A DNA stretch of 64,000 nucleotides, from positions 2,046,001 to 2,110,000 of the forward strand of contig JBLDXI010000021.1 in assembly GCA_047495785.1 (NCBI GenBank), read 5' to 3'. Each line of letters starts with the position of its first letter. Positions within the stretch are counted from its first letter, which is position 1. Made by a program: the position numbers and the translations under genes. The stretch comes from Lepidodermella squamata (lineage: Eukaryota; Animalia; Gastrotricha). Below the pieces are notes generated by a model. The model was not told where the DNA came from, searched no databases, and worked only from the letters and a program-made list of their open reading frames with translations. Positions 59,042-64,000 of the stretch are shown piece after piece.

Positions 59042-60711
59042 ATGTCGCTCGCTGACCCTTACAGTCGAAACGCAACCGTCTTTCCCTCTGTTCATGCTCA
59101 GTACAAGCACGTTTCTTATTCATCCCGTTCACCATATGATCCTAATTTCCGCGGCCAGTCATCACGAGTGACACATGGTAGCCGTAACTCTTCATTTTCG
59201 AACCGATTGCCAGGTTCTAGAGGCAATGCTAGTGGCCTTACTTCGCCTCCATCGCTTGCATCACCGAACCGCAGTTACAACTCGTCGCCAACTTTCAGTT
59301 TAGCTCAACATCCCTCACCCTCTCTTTCAGTTATGTCCTACAGGCGTTTGGGAATGCCGAGACATGAAATGTCCGAGTTGAATTCGCGAGTCGACAATGA
59401 TTCGGCAGGGGAAATCAAACTCGATTCCACTTTACCCGATCGTTTGAAGCTCATCGATGTTTTCATGGCGAATTTCGCTAACCAATTTCATGGCAAAAAG
59501 TAAGTTTTCAGAGGCAAATAATGGGTTAACGTAATATTTTGAATTGATTATAAAAGACACCCAGTTTCACCCCCTGCTTCACGCTCTGTGACTAATCAAC
59601 CCCCCGAATTGCGTCGCAGCTATACTGATGTTGATGAGTATGAATCAGCAAAGAATGCTGAACCTCAACCGGTAGGTTCGCCGCAGCCACAACCGAATAG
59701 CGCTACCAATTCGAGCAGCACTTCGTCGCGGCGTAGCCAAACTCCGACCATTGCTAGCCGCAGCAAACTGCGAAACGGCGCAACGCGGTCTCAGCAGCGG
59801 CAGGTCAATGGCAGGCCGGGCTCTTTCATTCGAAGCAAAACTTTCGATGCATCTCTACTTGAGAATGATTTCGTAGCACACGCATCCCCTCAGCTAGCTG
59901 CAGCTATTGTTACTTTGACGAAAAAAGATAAGGTCATTCCGTTGACCTTTAGGTATGTTAGCTTTTCAAAATTTATGAATTTTCAAATTAAAGAGGATTT
60001 AATTTCAGCGGGGACGTCAGAGCACCAACACCGTCTCTTTTCCCGCGGGATATTCCTGAGCTTTGGTCGACTGTATCTAATCATGGCAACAGAGATGCCC
60101 CTACATCACCCAGTTACGACCCGAAAAAACCAATTGTATCGCACTTTTTAACCTCAGCGTACCGACACTCGAGAAGTAACACTCAGTCAAGTGGCGATGC
60201 CGATCCTCCGGTTGAATCCGTGAACGTAGCAAATATAAAGCGTTTGCTGCAGGCGAATAAAATTAAAGTTTTACCGATGTCTGAAAACCCGAAACCGAGT
60301 CCGAAGCCGAAACCAGCTGCTCAACCGAATTTCTCTCGCTCTCGCTCAATGTCTCCGGTGATATCTCGCGTCGCTGAGCACAACACTGCGCCTGCGAGAC
60401 AGCCAACTGTCCGTTCGGCGACTCCCCGGGGCAGCATCGGAAGCAATGTTCGGTCTCAATCACCCTTGGGTGAAGATGTGTTCCTTAGTTCCTCTTATTC
60501 CCAACCTGTGGTGAAGTCTGACAAGGAGAATCAGCCGGATAGATTTATTCCATCGCGTGAAAAATCAACGAAAACGGTGCGATTCCAACTAGTGGAAGAC
60601 GTACGATTCTACACTCCTTGGTCAGGTTCGCCACCGCCGACGCACGAAGCCCTCAATTCAGGCGTACTGCAATCGGAAATTTTATCCGATGAAAAAGCTC
60701 AAGACGATTGA
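59042..60711 (+). CDS. Orphan Ser/Pro/Arg-rich disordered protein with a C-terminal RVxF-like motif
   Basis: Three ORF blocks joined in frame by introns 59500-59556 and 59953-60008 (alternative in-frame acceptor at 59993). KTVRF at 60571-60585. Confidence 0.7.
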
Positions 60712-61311
60712 AAGTCATTTGTCATGATTTTTTATTTTTTCCAAAATAGTAAATATGCTTTGTCGACAGAAAATATAACAGTGTAGGGCCAACTCAAGCA
60801 TGTTATTCAGTTATAACCAAATGAATTTATCGCAAAGTTTTGTCACATTTTGTTTAATAACACCTAGTAACAACCTATTTCTGTTTGATGAAGCACTAAC
60901 AATCATTTTATTGGATAGCAGTAATAAACAAATGGCGAAAAACCAAAAGTGCAGAGTTGCTAATTTCAAAAAATGTTATTTCCAATGGCAATGAGTAGCA
61001 GCAGCAATTAGCCGCCGACAAAACAAAAAAACAGAAAGCGGTAAAACAGCAGATTCGACCTGTCTATTACAAAAGACTCAAAATGGCACAGACCTTCATC
61101 AAAACAACGAGTATATAGAAAAATAAATACCAGTATTCCATGGTACATGGGAGAAAAATTTACATTTTCAGATGAACTTTTCACGCTTCTAGAGAGAACA
61201 TCACGGTTTAAAGCTGAATTTGCGTTTGAATCACAGAGACCCATTGCCTGATGACGAAAAACGAGGCTGAATTCTAACAGATTGTTCATCTCCGCGTTGA
61301 CAATGAGATTC

Positions 61312-63319
61312 TCACTCCGCCTTGTAGAAAAACTGACCAGCCCTAAGGCGGCGCATCCACTCTGATGAAAGCAAGCGACGCTCCTTTTGCACCTTGTCGA
61401 AAATTCCGCGATTTTCCTGTGCGCGTCGCATCAGATAAGGCATGACATCGAAAGTAGGCCCATAGGGGATGTACTTGTAGACAGAGAAACCAGCCTGGCC
61501 CAATGTGAACGATACCTGATCGCACATTCCCATAAGCTGGCCGAAACAGACAATTTTATCGTCCGGGTTGATGCCGAGCTCCTTCATTTTCAGAACCGCA
61601 TTTCTGACCGACTCTTCATTGTGAGTGGCACACATCAGTGAAACCTTGCCCTTGGCCCGGGTCTTCGCTGATCGCAGCAACTCCTCGAAGATTCGCACGT
61701 AATTTTCGGTGGTTTCGTCCGTGTTCGACCAGATTGGGTCGGGGTAGTTATACTCAGCGGCGCGAGCTCGCTCCTGTTCAAGGTACGCACCCCTTACCAG
61801 TTTGCAACCGAAATAGAAATCTTCGCGAGCAGACAGCGCCAAGTCAAGCTGAACCCTGCGCAAAGTGCCTCGCGTGTAGGCCTGATAAGTGTTGAAAACG
61901 ATAGCACTGTCCTGAAATCAGAGCCGAATTTTAAAATGGAAATGCTGGGCATAAAGAAATATTGCCTTATTGAACTGGCGCATCATTTCGACGGCAAGAC
62001 GGTTGATGGCCGGTTGGAAGTAACTCTGCTCGGCGTCGATCATAATGCGAACGTCACGGGATTTCGCATGCTCGACTATACGATTCAAACGCTTGATCAT
62101 GTTTTTGAACTGCTCGTCCATGTCAGGGTCCAGCTTCGGAATCAACGGGGCAAGCATGTTGAATTTTCTACCCAAACTATCCGTGTAGACTCTAACGCTC
62201 GGTAACGACAGAACTTTGTGAATGTCGACATTCATCAAATTGGACCATTCGAACATGTCAATTTTTCTGTAGAAAATAAGGTAATTTCTTATGGCTCAAT
62301 TCAAGATAAATAATTACCCTTCTTTCGTTTTGTCAAGCCATGTGAACCATTGCTTTGAATCATCACGAGATATCGGGATACCCATATCATTCAACCCCTT
62401 TCTGAACTGATACTCGGACATGGTTTGCATCAGGTCGTCTGGGTTCATGCCAGCACCAACCATTTTCTGGTAATAATTTTCGATACGGACCAACACCTCA
62501 GAGATGTGCATAAGGAGATCAGGACGTCCGAGCGCCGTAACTTTGATCGCAGCGAAGCCAGATGCTTTCGTTGCATCAGCCACGGCATTGATGCACTCGA
62601 TAAAATGATTCATGTTGTCATCACACGCTTTTTCGTCCTCGTAGACGTAGGTACGAGCTGAGACGACACCCTCGCTGATATCGCTAACAGAAGAGCGGTA
62701 CTGTCTGATTTCTGGAGAACTGTCCTTGTCTGCATAGAAAAATCAAGTCAAGTTTTATTTTTCCAGATATTTCTATGCGCTCACCATGTGTGCCATGCGT
62801 TGCCGATGTTGTTTCGACTTTTTTGTCGCCTGAAACATCCTCCTCAACACTGTAGTCTAGAATTGATTTGACACCGAATCGCCTGTAACGCTCAACCACT
62901 GGTGTAATCTCTTGAATATCGGCACCAGCGACAAAGTGACCGTAAACTGTTAACTGGAGTAATTTCTCTAGGATACGCCGACCAAGCACTTTTTCAGCCA
63001 GCGAGAATAGCTGCCGCTGATTCGCTACCAATTTCTCGTAAGAACATAGCCGAAAGACGAGAATCGCTCGAAGAAGTTCGAAATTTGATTTCGATTTGTA
63101 AGCCTCCTTAATATTCTCAAAGGAGAGATCAATTTGTTTGAATGACGGGTGGTCACCACCAGTGCCCGGCTTGCCACTAGCTACCCAATCAGGATGGACT
63201 TTATCATCTTTTTTCCACGATGCAGTTGATGACGCCGTCCGCAAGTGGACTGAAAGCAACTGCGCCGCTCTTACTCGGTAGTGATTCAACAAGACCAAGC
63301 CGCCAAGCTGACCAGGCAT
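61312..63319 (-). CDS. PRODH: Proline dehydrogenase, mitochondrial (PRODH1/slgA type)
   Basis: Exons 63319-62785, 62729-62318, 62266-61966, 61911-61312 (last intron GC-AG). Motifs YGHFVAG, SILDYSVEED, AIKVTALG, MIDAEQSYFQPAI, KLVRGAY, ATHN and VYKYIPYGP..YLMRRAQEN. Confidence 0.96.
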
Positions 63320-64000
63320 GAAAAACAAGTCGTTCAAGTAAAAGATCTAATTTTAATAATCGACGAACAAAAATTCTTATTCCAAATTTACAGTTACAAA
63401 TTATGATTATTGAATGGTACACAGTTGCATACAATCCTGGATACAGTAACGTGAACCATGAAACCGACCGGTCCGACAATCAAATAACGATCATCGAAAC
63501 TTATTTACAGTATAAGAACTAACAAGCGCAGGTTTGGAGAAATAAAGCAACACGTCGTGATTTGAAGGAGGGGCAAGAAGACCAATCAATCGCCACGTCA
63601 TCAAACTTTGCTTACTATAATAATTGATTCGAAACTATAACGAAGGTCTAATAGGTTATCACAAAAATAAGTAATCCAGCGAAACGCGCGTATAAAAATT
63701 AACGAGAGAAAGAAGATGTCTCTGTGCTGTACACCTAAATCCGTTTCATCACTGAACTCAGTTATTATATCGTGAAAACACACTCACACACCCTGAGGAA
63801 CAAAAATTGGGCGCTGTCGTCGATAAATCAAGCAGAAAGTTATTGCTCGTCTGAAGACAGACGCCACAACGCAGTCTAAAATAAGACGAACTAATACGAA
63901 AAGGGCAAATAAGTAATACGACACGAGTAGGTAAGCGATGAGTCTTTAGCAGGAACTCAGCACCTAATTTAGTAGAGCGTGTCCACGTCCGCTGGAAAAC

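Overview
Eukaryotic (invertebrate metazoan) genomic DNA from a highly compacted genome; the taxon cannot be fixed from this window. I could reconstruct 23 protein-coding genes by hand. They carry about 52 coding introns, about 44 of them only 45-63 nt. Plus strand, 0.6-39.3 kb: LDB/Chip, a small coiled-coil ORF, NK7 homeobox, UBE2Z, TEX261, PGAM, O-GlcNAcase, SRP72, FAHD1, MGAT2, INPP5F/SAC2, two tandem HOGA1 paralogues, NOP56 and a Ly6/three-finger gene. Beyond that: RNF38/44, AP3M, an AADAC-like lipase, an RNF103-like ligase (+), an ANKRD63-like gene, HMX/NK5, an orphan disordered protein (+) and PRODH. Main observations: (1) nearly every gene has an apparently unpaired pyrimidine-rich TAG|R splice acceptor 1-64 nt before its ATG, and 15 consecutive genes are co-oriented with spacers as short as about 180 nt, suggesting spliced-leader trans-splicing and operon-like transcription; (2) one HOGA1 duplicate is intact but has lost the Schiff-base lysine (candidate pseudoenzyme); (3) the LDB protein lacks a recognisable LIM-interaction domain; (4) a locally compensated frameshift in OGA; (5) two weak-consensus GC-AG introns; (6) retained NK-paralogon synteny. 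I found no rRNA, tRNA, CRISPR array or intact transposon. All homology calls are from recalled family motifs, not from database searches.
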